A stretch of 17,031 nt of DNA from Nitrospinota bacterium (GCA_030754595.1 JASLZZ010000018.1:1-17031), one strand, 5' to 3'. Shown: positions 1 to 8,637, numbered from the stretch's first letter. Program-made: numbers and translations. The notes: a model not told the origin generated them from the letters alone.

Positions 1-22
1 CCTTCTTCTCGGCAACGGTCAT
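1..22 (-). CDS. 5' end of a gene running off the window (MTVAEKK...), product unknown
   Basis: ATG at 22 preceded by GGGGAGGAAG Shine-Dalgarno-like sequence; only 7 codons visible. Confidence 0.45.
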
Positions 23-142
23 ACTCGCTTCCTCCCCGCGGGCGGGGGCCGGGGGAACTGCGCTCAGGCTGCGCCCTCGCTCCGTTCCCACGGATACATT
101 CCCACCCTACTGATTGTTAGGGAAGAAGACTAGCTGTACAAT

Positions 143-433
143 TTAGGCCTCCTTGAACAGCGGAGCCGCCTCGCCCAGGACCTCGCGAGAGAGATAACAT
201 CTGCCGTCCCGGGAGTGACCCGGCCGGGCGATTACGACCTCGAAATCCCATCCCTCTCCTTCCGCCCCGGCCTCGCCGTCCGCGCCGGCCGCCTTGCGGA
301 GAAGCCCTCCCCGCAAGCGGAGTTGAATGGGCCCAGCCATCGGCTCGGCGCCGCCAATAGGCTCATGCCCGGGCGCGGCTCCAACCGCCCGGCCGCTTCG
401 TCCCGCCCGCCACCTCGTCAACAGGTTCCTCAC
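143..433 (-). pseudogene. Truncated phage head maturation protease/scaffold-like protein (N-terminal fragment)
   Basis: GTG start with strong RBS AAAGGAGG. WDFEVVIARPGHSRDGRCYLSREVLGEAAPLF resembles the N-terminal 'W.V.II..G.S.NG.YY..EVL..AAPLF' pattern of phage prohead protease-like proteins. The frame stops right after this motif, where the sequence turns AT-rich. Confidence 0.55.
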
Positions 434-510
434 TCGCTGTCCTCCTTTCGCGCCCGGACCGTTTCAAAACCCTCCCGCGCGGGGCGGGCGCCCGCCGCGC
501 GACGAGAGGG

Positions 511-564
511 AATGTAGATCGAAAGGGGAAAAGACCCGATTCAGGAAATGCGGGGTATTTCGCG
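511..564 (-). promoter_or_regulatory. Shared promoter-like motif, copy 1 (-10-like TACATT plus upstream GAAATRC-N3-GYATTTC dyad)
   Basis: + strand AATGTAG (511-517) and GGAAAT (544-549), offset 33 nt; same offset at 5022/5055 and 12009/12042. Confidence 0.6.
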
Positions 565-685
565 GAACGCGGAAAAAAACGAGGATCACAGGGATATCAC
601 AGGTCATGGCCCGCTTGTCAGGCGCGGGACTCATGGGCGACGATGGCTGGAGAACAACCGAAATCAATCCGGGGGGCGGAGCGTC

Positions 686-1945
686 ATGGGGTCGGTCATC
701 GATTGGCTGGGCGAGATTCCCTGGAACCACCTGATCGATATTTCCGTCATGTGGTTCATCAGCTACCAGGTCTACATGCGCTTTCGCGGGACGCAGGCGA
801 TGCGCCTGCTGGTCCGCGTGTTCATCGTCTGGCTCGCCTATCTGACGGCCCAGGTCGCGGGCCTGACGCTCACCTCGTTTCTTCTATGGGCGCTCTGGAT
901 CGCGGTGCTCATCTTTTTTCTCATCACCTTCCAGGCGGAGATTCAACGAATTCTGATGCGCATCAACCCGATGCGCCCGCTGGGCGCGATCCTGCGCCAG
1001 GCGCGCAGCGTCCGCCTCCCCGACGAGACGCTCTCCGCCGTTTCCGAAACCGCCTTTTCGCTCGCCTCGAAAAACACCGGGGCCATCATCATCTGGGAGC
1101 GTCGCGACCCGATCGAGCCGCTGATGAGAAGCGCCGGCGAAGTGATCGACGCCGAGGTGCGGCCGGCGCTGCTTGAAACGCTTTTCGTTGTGGGCGCCCC
1201 CTACCACGACGGCGCGCTCTATATTAAGGAGGAGAAAATCTACCGTGCGGGTTGCGTCCTGCCACTCTCAGAGAATCCCGAGCTCGCCGCCCACTACGGT
1301 ACGCGCCACCGCGCCGCGGCCGGGCTCACCGAGCGCTCCGACGCGCTGGCCCTGGTCGTCTCCGAGGAGCGGGGGGAGGTGTCCACCTCAGAGCACGGCG
1401 AGATCGCGGACACCGAGTCTCCCGAGGCGTTGACCGCCTGGCTGACCGAGCGGCTGCGCGGCGCGGAGGACTCGCCCCAAACTTCCCCCCAGCTCGCGCA
1501 GGAAGTTGTCCGCCATAACTGGCGGATCAAGCTGGCCGCGCTGGCCGGGGTGATTCTCCTCTGGGCGGTCGCCATCAAGCAAAAGGAGAGCCCCCGGAAC
1601 ATCTTCGCCACCCTCGGGCCGGGGGTGGAGCAGGGCTTCACGGTGCCCGTCGATTACTACAACCTGCCCAAGGGGCTCCAGCTTGCCCCCGAGCGGACGA
1701 AACGGGTGCACATCCGGATAAAGGGAGAAGCCGACCTGATGAATTTCATCGACGCCGGGAGGCTCCGGATCAGGATCAATCTTCGCGGCGCCGGGGCCGG
1801 CCCCGCCGAGCACACCATCTCCACCCGCGACATCGACCTTCCCTCGCGGATTCACCTCGTGGGCGCCGAACCCTCGGGGATCCGCCTGCGCCTGGAAAAA
1901 ACGGCGAAGACAGCCGACGCGAACCCCCCTGGCGGGAAGCCCTGA
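686..1945 (+). CDS. cdaA: Diadenylate cyclase (CdaA/DacA, DAC domain) fused to a C-terminal TM segment and YbbR/CdaR-like domain
   Basis: Three N-terminal TM helices, FQAEIQR, catalytic HDGA and GTRHRAA motifs, VVSEERGEVS; then 'NWRIKLAALAGVILLW' and a YbbR-like 'VPVDYYNLPKGLQL...' region. Start placed at ATG 686 after GGAG. Confidence 0.92.
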   Translation: MGSVIDWLGEIPWNHLIDISVMWFISYQVYMRFRGTQAMRLLVRVFIVWLAYLTAQVAGLTLTSFLLWALWIAVLIFFLITFQAEIQRILMRINPMRPLGAILRQARSVRLPDETLSAVSETAFSLASKNTGAIIIWERRDPIEPLMRSAGEVIDAEVRPALLETLFVVGAPYHDGALYIKEEKIYRAGCVLPLSENPELAAHYGTRHRAAAGLTERSDALALVVSEERGEVSTSEHGEIADTESPEALTAWLTERLRGAEDSPQTSPQLAQEVVRHNWRIKLAALAGVILLWAVAIKQKESPRNIFATLGPGVEQGFTVPVDYYNLPKGLQLAPERTKRVHIRIKGEADLMNFIDAGRLRIRINLRGAGAGPAEHTISTRDIDLPSRIHLVGAEPSGIRLRLEKTAKTADANPPGGKP

Positions 1946-2189
1946 AAATATTTTCCGAAAAAAGATTTAAAGATGTGAAATGTCCATTAAAGATTTCGCG
2001 GCTGCTAATTATTATCGGGCGATTTCTATTGAAACATCGGAGAGCGGGACCTATTTTTTTTTTATGGAGGGATAAACGAGCCCTGAATTTTCATGGCCGG
2101 CAAGGCCGGCCGGCACCCGGCACTGGCCGGGGGGTGGAGCGCAGGGGCAGTTGCTCCAAGGGCGATCGTTACTTCATCTTGGAGGGCTT

Positions 2190-2391
2190 TTATGGATCGA
2201 CAAAGAAATCGAGTACTTCAAGTGCAGTGGCATCGCTTCCCGATCACGTGCGTCAGCTGATCGGGGAGACACCTGAACCGCTGACGCAACGATGCGGACG
2301 GCTATCCGCCCACTACGGCCAACGGGGAAATTCTCCCCGGCCGCAAAGAGAAAAGAGCAAATCGAGCGGGGTGCGATGCCCCGCTCTTTTT
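2190..2391 (+). ncRNA. Candidate structured RNA unit 1 (pseudoknot, CUAU hairpin, terminator)
   Basis: 11-bp stem 2236-2246/2258-2268 whose loop (2249-2257) is complementary to 2280-2288; 3' half similar to 2783-2892. Confidence 0.4.
2364..2391 (+). terminator. Rho-independent terminator
   Basis: GAGCGGGG-loop-CCCCGCTC followed by TTTTT. Confidence 0.75.
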
Positions 2392-2547
2392 ATGCGCGCG
2401 CATTCAAACACTTCCGGTGAATATCGCGGGGCCGCCCCAAAAAACCATTGCCGGATCCCGGCCGGGGACACATATTTTTCTCGTGGCCGGTAATAAGGGG
2501 TTAGGAGCGGCCCCGGCCAACGCGCTCCGGTCTATTTCACTCCAATC

Positions 2548-2892
2548 GGAAGGAGCCGATGAGAGAGCCCAAATAGATGAGCTCTCGGGCGAGGTCCAGC
2601 GCCGCCTCACCGGAGAGCAACGACCGCGGGCAGGCGCACTGATGTAGCGGGCAAAAAAATCCGCCCGTTATCTGGAAGGAGCCGATGCATTCAGGCAAGA
2701 CTTCGAAGTTCCCCGGAGCAGTTAGCGCCGATCTTCCGGGGGACAAACACCAGCTATTCGGCGCACTGATACACCAATAAAACGAGCGGCTATCCGCTCG
2801 GCGCGGCCCTCCCGAAAAGGTTCCCAAACGGAGCCAGGCGGCCGAAAGACGAAGAGAGCATAAAGGCGGGGTGTGATGCCCCGCCTTTTTTT
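2548..2892 (+). ncRNA. Candidate structured RNA units 2 and 3 (tandem ~96-nt repeats plus hairpins and terminator)
   Basis: GGAAGGAGCCGATG...AGCGCCG...GGCGCACTGAT repeated at 2548-2643 and 2674-2770, with different but base-pairing stems at equivalent positions. Confidence 0.4.
2862..2892 (+). terminator. Rho-independent terminator, paralogous to 2364-2391
   Basis: AGGCGGGG-loop-CCCCGCCT followed by a T-run. Confidence 0.78.
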
Positions 2893-2975
2893 GAGCGCGG
2901 AAGAAAGCTACCATCCGAAAGAATCCATAAATCACATCAAGCCGGACCGCCCCAGACTCCCATAAAGGCGCGCGA

Positions 2976-3974
2976 ATGAAACAAGGTCTCGTACTCACCC
3001 CGCCCGATCCGGCGACCCTCGCCGAATGGGCCCGCCTCGCCGAGACCCACGGCTTTGGCGCCATCTGGGTGACCGATTCGCAATCCCTCTACCGGGAAGT
3101 GTTCGCTTCGCTCGGTGTCTGCCTCGGGCAAACGAGCCGGATCGTCTGCGGCCCCTGCGTGATCAACCCCCTGACACGCCACCCGGCGGTGGCCGCGAGC
3201 GCGATCGCCACCCTCTCGGAGGCGCACGGCGGGCGCGTGGTCCTGGGCGTGGGGAGCGGGGACAGCGCGGTCCTCAACCTGGGGCTCGGGCCCGCGAAAG
3301 TGGCCGAAGTGCGCGAGTACATACTCGCCCTTCGCGGGCTCCTTGAGGAAGGGGAAGCCGAGTGGCGGGGGCGCCGCTGCATCCTGACCTGGTTCCGGCG
3401 CCGCGTTCCGCTCTACCTCGCCGCCGAGGGGCCCCGCATGCTCCGCCTCGCCGGGGAGGTCGCCGACGGCGTCATCGTCGGATCGGGGCTCGTCCCAGAG
3501 ATGGTCCGCGATTCAAGACGGCTGATCGAGGAAGGCGCCCGCGCGGCGGGCCGCGACCCCGGCGAGATCGATCTGTGGTGGATGGTCAAGGTCCATGTTC
3601 ACCCGGACGGCGAGCGGGCCCGCGAGGAGATCCGCGCCGGCATCGCCGGGAGCGCCCACCACGTCTTCAACTTCACGCTGGCGGGAAAGCACGTCCCGGC
3701 CGGGATGGAGGAACCGATCCTCAAGCTTCGCCGACGCTATGTGTTCAGCGAACACGCGATGGCGCAAAAGGAGACGAACGCCGCGCTCGTCGACGAACTC
3801 GGGCTGCGCGATTTCCTGCTCGACCGTTTCGCCGTCGCGGGGACGCCCGAGGAGTGCCGGGCGCGGCTCGGCGAGCTCGAGGCGATGGGAATCAAAAATA
3901 TCCGCCTCACGGCGCACGTTCCCGACCGGCCCGCCTTCATCCGCCTCTGGAGCGAGAAGGTCATGGGCGGCTAG
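2976..3974 (+). CDS. LLM-class (luciferase-like) flavin/F420-dependent oxidoreductase, Mer-like
   Basis: AETHGFGAIWVTDSQ, VINPLTRHPAVAASAIATL, GRVVLGVGSGD, LYLAAEGPRMLRLAGEVADGVI, AGTPEEC. Confidence 0.9.
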   Translation: MKQGLVLTPPDPATLAEWARLAETHGFGAIWVTDSQSLYREVFASLGVCLGQTSRIVCGPCVINPLTRHPAVAASAIATLSEAHGGRVVLGVGSGDSAVLNLGLGPAKVAEVREYILALRGLLEEGEAEWRGRRCILTWFRRRVPLYLAAEGPRMLRLAGEVADGVIVGSGLVPEMVRDSRRLIEEGARAAGRDPGEIDLWWMVKVHVHPDGERAREEIRAGIAGSAHHVFNFTLAGKHVPAGMEEPILKLRRRYVFSEHAMAQKETNAALVDELGLRDFLLDRFAVAGTPEECRARLGELEAMGIKNIRLTAHVPDRPAFIRLWSEKVMGG

Positions 3975-4163
3975 CCGCACACCTCCGCCAGCCGATCTCC
4001 GCCCTTAATAGCGCGGCGGGGACACCCTCTGACGGACTCGCCTTATATGTTGTCCTTATGTAAGGAAAACATCCTACCAGACACTCCGGATGTTATTCTT
4101 TTTCCCGGAATCCCATTAAAATAAAACCCACCGCCCCTAGCGCCATCAACCACCGAGGACCGA

Positions 4164-4634
4164 ATGAGAATTCGCCCAAGGGCCGCCGCACTGGCCGCAG
4201 CGCTTATCCTGGCTTCGCTCCCGGCTTCCGCGGCCGCCGCGCCGGGAAAGGACGGGGCGCGGATGGTCCTCGTTCCCGAGAGCGCGTTTCACATGGGCAC
4301 CTCCGGGGCCGACATCAAGCGCCTCCAGCGCACCTGCCCCTCCTGCCGGGCGGATCGCTTCGACACCGAGACCCCCCACCGCCTCGTCCAGCCCCACGCC
4401 TTTTATATCGACAAGTACCCGGTCACTGTCCGGCTGTTTCGCCGCTTCGCCGAGGAGACCGGGTGGCGCACGCTGGCCGAAAAAGAGGGCTGGGGGTGGG
4501 TTCTCTCGGGCGGAAAGGCCGAGAACCTCGGGTTCCGGATGGCCGTCCGGATGCGGGTGTCCCCGAAGCGGTTGGCGAAATCCTGGTCGGGCAAAAAATA
4601 CCCCACGTTCAGGCGGCGAATCCGGACGCAGTAA
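4164..4634 (+). pseudogene. Truncated formylglycine-generating enzyme (FGE-sulfatase/SUMF1) family protein with signal peptide
   Basis: MVLVPESAFHMGT...ETPHRLV...FYIDKYPVTV..FRRFAEETGWRTLAE is the FGE N-terminal pattern. Similarity ends near 4520; the remaining codons are antisense terminase sequence. Confidence 0.75.
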
Positions 4635-4945
4635 AGGGCGAGACCGATGGCCACCGTCGTCATGCCGATCTGCGTCCCCTTGAGGACGCTCACCGTCCGC
4701 TCGGGAAGGCTCAGCCGGAGAATTTCGCTCAGATGACCCACCACCTCGCGAAGAGCCTCCCGGCTCGTGAATCTGTACCGGCCGCCCTCCACCCCGATAT
4801 CGCTCTCGAGGAACACACTCAACTGAGGCGCGACCCGGGAGCGGACCCTTCGCCCACCCGATATGACCTCCTGGTGGTGCCGCTCGGCCCGCAGCCCGAC
4901 TATTCTCCCTCTCCACCCCGGAGCAGACGTCCCCATCTCCCGCAT
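4520..4945 (-). pseudogene. Phage terminase large subunit (lambda GpA-type), N-terminal ATPase fragment
   Basis: VSVLKGTQIGMTT (GpA-type Walker A, K.x.Q.G.T) and VGYFLPDQDFANRFGDTRIRTAI; GAGGAG RBS. The open frame continues to 4403 only as antisense of the FGE fragment. Confidence 0.75.
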
Positions 4946-4948
4946 CTC

Positions 4949-5009
4949 CTCATTTCACCGGACGCCCGCCGCAGGCGCCTCATTTCGGCCGGACGCCCGC
5001 CGCGGGCGC
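4949..5009. repeat. Imperfect tandem duplication (~30 bp) in the terminase leader
   Basis: CTCATTTCACCGGACGCCCGCCGCAGGCGC followed by CTCATTTCGGCCGGACGCCCGCCGCGGGCGC. Confidence 0.8.
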
Positions 5010-5021
5010 TCCGGGAGGGAA

Positions 5022-5072
5022 AATATAGAGCCTCGGGAGCGATTTCAGGCGTCAGGAAATTCAAGGATTAAG
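5022..5072 (-). promoter_or_regulatory. Shared promoter-like motif, copy 2 (-10-like TATATT)
   Basis: + strand AATATAG (5022-5028) and CAGGAAAT (GGAAAT 5055-5060), offset 33 nt. Confidence 0.55.
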
Positions 5073-5141
5073 GAAGTTTTTGTCGGAATTCACTCTATTC
5101 CCCGGGGACGTAACCTGCTCGAAATATTTACGTGCTAATGA

Positions 5142-5579
<438 letters not shown>

Positions 5580-5637
5580 ATCGCCATACCGAAATTCAAC
5601 TTTTCCGGCCACCAACACCCTTGAGGAGGGGGGAAAC

Positions 5638-6942
5638 GTGGAAAATAAAATTCGCAGGACCGTATGGACCGCCCTGTTATTGTTAACGGCCGTCTCTTTT
5701 TGGCCCTCGCTCGCCGCGGCGGCCGAGGCGAAGCTGAACGGAGGCAACACGGCCTGGCTCCTGACCTCGACCGCTCTCGTGCTGTTCATGACGATACCGG
5801 GGCTGGCCCTTTTCTACGGCGGCCTCGTCCGGTCGAAGAACGTCCTCTCGGTTTTGATGCAGTGCTTCTCGATCACCTGCCTCGTCTCCATCCTTTGGCT
5901 CGTCTACGCCTACAGCCTCGCCTTCTCCGACGGCAACGCCTTCGTCGGGGGCCTCGGGAAGGCCTTCTTTAGAGGCGTGAGCTTCGGCTCGATGACCGGG
6001 AATATCCCCGAGACGGTCTTCGCCATGTTCCAGCTCACCTTCGCCATCATCACCCCCGCGCTCATCGTCGGCGCCTTCGCCGAGCGCATGAAGTTTTCGG
6101 CCGTGTTCCTCTTCACGGGCCTGTGGGTGACTATCGTTTACGCCCCCGTCGCCCACTGGGTATGGGGCGGCGGCTGGCTCGGCGCGATAGGCGCCCTCGA
6201 CTTCGCGGGCGGCACCGTCGTCCACATCAACTCGGGCGTCAGCGCCCTCGTCTGCGCCGTCATTCTCGGCAAGCGGCACGGCTTCCCCGAACAGCCGCCC
6301 TCGCCGCATAACCTCACCATGACCGTCACCGGCGCCTCGATGCTCTGGGTCGGCTGGTTCGGCTTCAACGCGGGCTCGGCCCTCGCCGCCGACGGCGCCG
6401 CCGGCATGGCCATGCTCGTCACCCACATGTCCTCGGCCGCCGCCGCGCTCACCTGGATGTTCATCGAGTGGAGCAAGTTCGGCAAACCCAGCGCCCTGGG
6501 GATCGCGACCGGCGCCGTCGCCGGCCTCGTCGGCATCACCCCGGCCTCGGGCTTCGTCGGCCCGATCGGCGGCCTCGTCATCGGGGTCGCGACCGGCTTC
6601 CTCTGCTTCAACGCCGTGGGCATCATCAAGCAAAAGCTCAAGATCGACGACTCGCTCGACGTCTTTCCGGTCCACGGGATCGGCGGAATGGTGGGCGCCC
6701 TCCTGACGGGCGTCTTCGTCTCCTCGGGCCTTGGCGGCGCCGGCCTCGCCGATGGCGTCAGCATGGGCTCGCAGGTGGGGATCCAGTTCGTCAGCATCAT
6801 CGCCACCACGGTCTACGCCGGCGCCGGCTCGTTCGTCATCCTCAAGGTGGTGGACGCCCTCGTCGGCCTCCGGGCCAGCGCCGAGGACGAGCAGGTCGGC
6901 CTCGACCCCAGCCAGCACAACGAAACCGGCTACGAGATCTGA
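5638..6942 (+). CDS. amtB: Ammonium transporter AmtB
   Basis: GLALFYGGLVRSKN, FQLTFAIIT, DFAGGTVVHINSG, WFGFNAGS, DDSLDVFPVHG; N-terminal signal peptide. Confidence 0.97.
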   Translation: MENKIRRTVWTALLLLTAVSFWPSLAAAAEAKLNGGNTAWLLTSTALVLFMTIPGLALFYGGLVRSKNVLSVLMQCFSITCLVSILWLVYAYSLAFSDGNAFVGGLGKAFFRGVSFGSMTGNIPETVFAMFQLTFAIITPALIVGAFAERMKFSAVFLFTGLWVTIVYAPVAHWVWGGGWLGAIGALDFAGGTVVHINSGVSALVCAVILGKRHGFPEQPPSPHNLTMTVTGASMLWVGWFGFNAGSALAADGAAGMAMLVTHMSSAAAALTWMFIEWSKFGKPSALGIATGAVAGLVGITPASGFVGPIGGLVIGVATGFLCFNAVGIIKQKLKIDDSLDVFPVHGIGGMVGALLTGVFVSSGLGGAGLADGVSMGSQVGIQFVSIIATTVYAGAGSFVILKVVDALVGLRASAEDEQVGLDPSQHNETGYEI

Positions 6943-6959
6943 TCCCAAGACCTCACCCG

Positions 6960-6999
6960 AAAAGCGCCGGCCCCCAACGCGGGGGCCGGCGCTTTTTTT
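6960..6999 (+). terminator. Rho-independent terminator after amtB
   Basis: AAAAGCGCCGGCCCCC-loop-GGGGGCCGGCGCTTTTTTT. Confidence 0.9.
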
Positions 7000-7084
7000 G
7001 TGGCTTTCCACCCGGCCCCGCTCCCAATATAATCATTCTCGAATTCCATGAAAATTTTCAGACTTCCCAAAGGAAAACCGCGCC

Positions 7085-8008
7085 ATGAGAAAAGAGGTCG
7101 AGTTCCGCAGCAAGGGGGAAACCTGCCGGGGTTGGCTCTATACGCCCGACGGGAAGGAGGGGCCCTTTCCGCTGGTCGTCATGGCCGGGGGGTGGTGCTA
7201 CGTCCGGGAGCTCGTCATGCCCCACTACGCGGAATTCTTCACCCGGGCGGGGATGGCGGCGCTGCTTTTCGACTACCGCTGCCTCGGGGTGAGCGACGGG
7301 GAGCCGAGACAGCATCTGGACCCGAACGCCCAGATCGAGGACTACCGGAACGCCATCAGCTTCGCCGAGGGATTGTCCGTGGTGGACCCGGACCGGATCG
7401 GCGCCTGGGGGATATCCTACAGCGGCGGGCACGTCCTTATCCTCGCGGCAACGGACCCGCGCGTGAAGTGCATCGTCTCGACCATTCCCGTCGTCGAGGG
7501 TTATCGGAACATGCGGCGGGTGCACGGGACGATGGGGTTCCGCAGGCTCATGGACGCCGTTTTAGAGGACCGGAAGGCGCGCTACCGGGACGAGGGCGCC
7601 CGGGGCTATATCCCCCACGCCGCGCCCGACCCGGAGCGGACCCTCTCGAGCTGGCCCTTCCCCGAGACCTACGAAACCTTCATCCAGCTCAAGGAGACCG
7701 AAGCGCCCCTTTATCAGAATTCGAGCACGATCGAATCCGTCGAGCTTTTGATGAACTACAGCGTCCACCCGTTCCTGCCCCGTATTCTCGACACCCCATC
7801 GCTCGTCCTCGTGGCCGAGGGGGACGACCTCACCCTCTGGGACCTCGAGATCGACGCCTACAACCGGATTCCGTCGGCGAAGAAAAAACTCTTCATCATC
7901 CCCCAAACTTCCCACATGACGCTCTATAGCGATCGCTCTAAACTCGAGATCGCTGCCGGGCAGGCGACGAAGTGGCTGGCCGATCACCTGGTCAAGCCTT
8001 CCGGATGA
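7085..8008 (+). CDS. Alpha/beta hydrolase (peptidase S15/CocE-like fold)
   Basis: FDYRCLGVSDGEPRQ, VDPDRIGAWGISYSGG nucleophile elbow, candidate Asp (EGDDLT) and His (TSHM). Confidence 0.9.
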   Translation: MRKEVEFRSKGETCRGWLYTPDGKEGPFPLVVMAGGWCYVRELVMPHYAEFFTRAGMAALLFDYRCLGVSDGEPRQHLDPNAQIEDYRNAISFAEGLSVVDPDRIGAWGISYSGGHVLILAATDPRVKCIVSTIPVVEGYRNMRRVHGTMGFRRLMDAVLEDRKARYRDEGARGYIPHAAPDPERTLSSWPFPETYETFIQLKETEAPLYQNSSTIESVELLMNYSVHPFLPRILDTPSLVLVAEGDDLTLWDLEIDAYNRIPSAKKKLFIIPQTSHMTLYSDRSKLEIAAGQATKWLADHLVKPSG

Positions 8009-8128
8009 TTCGAGTCCGGCGATTTTTCCTCCCGCCGTTGTGAAACCGGCCCGCCTCCATTTAGAATAAGAGCCACTTTCACCCGGATAATTCCACCAAC
8101 CGGCGCGGCTCTTGTGCGCCGTATATGA

Positions 8129-8338
8129 GGAGACCGCCGCGGCTTCAACACCGCCATCGGCGTCGGCTCCAGCGTTAGCGGGGGAGAGGGCAACACCACC
8201 AGCGGCAGCGGCTCCAGCGTGAGCGGGGGGCAGTACAACACCGCCAGCGGCTTCATCTCCAGCGTGAGCGAGGGAAAGAACAGAACCACAACAAGCGATC
8301 ATGACTGGGCCGCCGGAGCCCTATGGGAAGACTATTAG
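8129..8338 (+). pseudogene. C-terminal remnant of an NTASG..SSVSGG repeat (YadA-head-like beta-roll) surface protein
   Basis: Frame reads FNTAIGVGSSVSGGEG-NTTSGSGSSVSGGQY-NTASGFISSVSEGKN...DHDWAAGALWEDY*; 45-bp/15-aa period; in-frame TGA at 8126-8128 upstream; apparent start of the gene missing. Confidence 0.7.
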
Positions 8339-8367
8339 CCATGACTATCTTTACTCGCTAGACCGCA

Positions 8368-8407
8368 CCGCCCTCCGGTTTCCGCAAGAGACCGGGGGGC
8401 GGTTTTT
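8368..8407 (+). terminator. Rho-independent terminator
   Basis: CCGCCCTCCGGTTT-loop-AGACCGGGGGGCGG followed by TTTTT. Confidence 0.8.
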
Positions 8408-8637
8408 GTCTTGGGGGCTGGGTAGACGCCCCAACCAGCAAAACCCTTCGTTCCTATCGGAACGACCTCCCAAGTTGGCGATTCTCCCCGACCGCCGTAC
8501 AATGACCTTCATCATTTCCCACCGGAGCTATCGCTCCCAGCGGACGGCTTTTTAAGCGCGCGGCGCGGCATGGTCGCCGTGGAGATCGAAATGCCGTCTG
8601 GCAGGATCGGTTATCTGTCTGACAGGAGAGATTAAGC

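Noticed and set aside
548..685. N-terminal extension of cdaA from ATG 548
   Set aside because: It overlaps the shared promoter motif and precedes the family-typical first TM helix; ATG 686 has an RBS.
1975..2493. 172-aa ORF
   Set aside because: No recognisable motifs, atypical composition, and it runs through a terminator.
2548..2700. Tandem glycine riboswitch (GAAGGAGC, CTCTCGGG, GGAGAG, TTCAGG words)
   Set aside because: The words are degenerate and not arranged in the GGAGAG-CCGAAG-CUCUCAGG aptamer order with the required stems.
1950..2975. c-di-AMP (ydaO) riboswitch next to cdaA
   Set aside because: Only a CGTCAGCT fragment matches; the GCTGAATCC and GGAACC/GGGG core elements are absent.
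5683..7011. 442-aa antisense ORF, and similar long shadow ORFs such as 13743-14987 and 15015-16151
   Set aside because: Shadow frames of well-supported genes in high-GC DNA.
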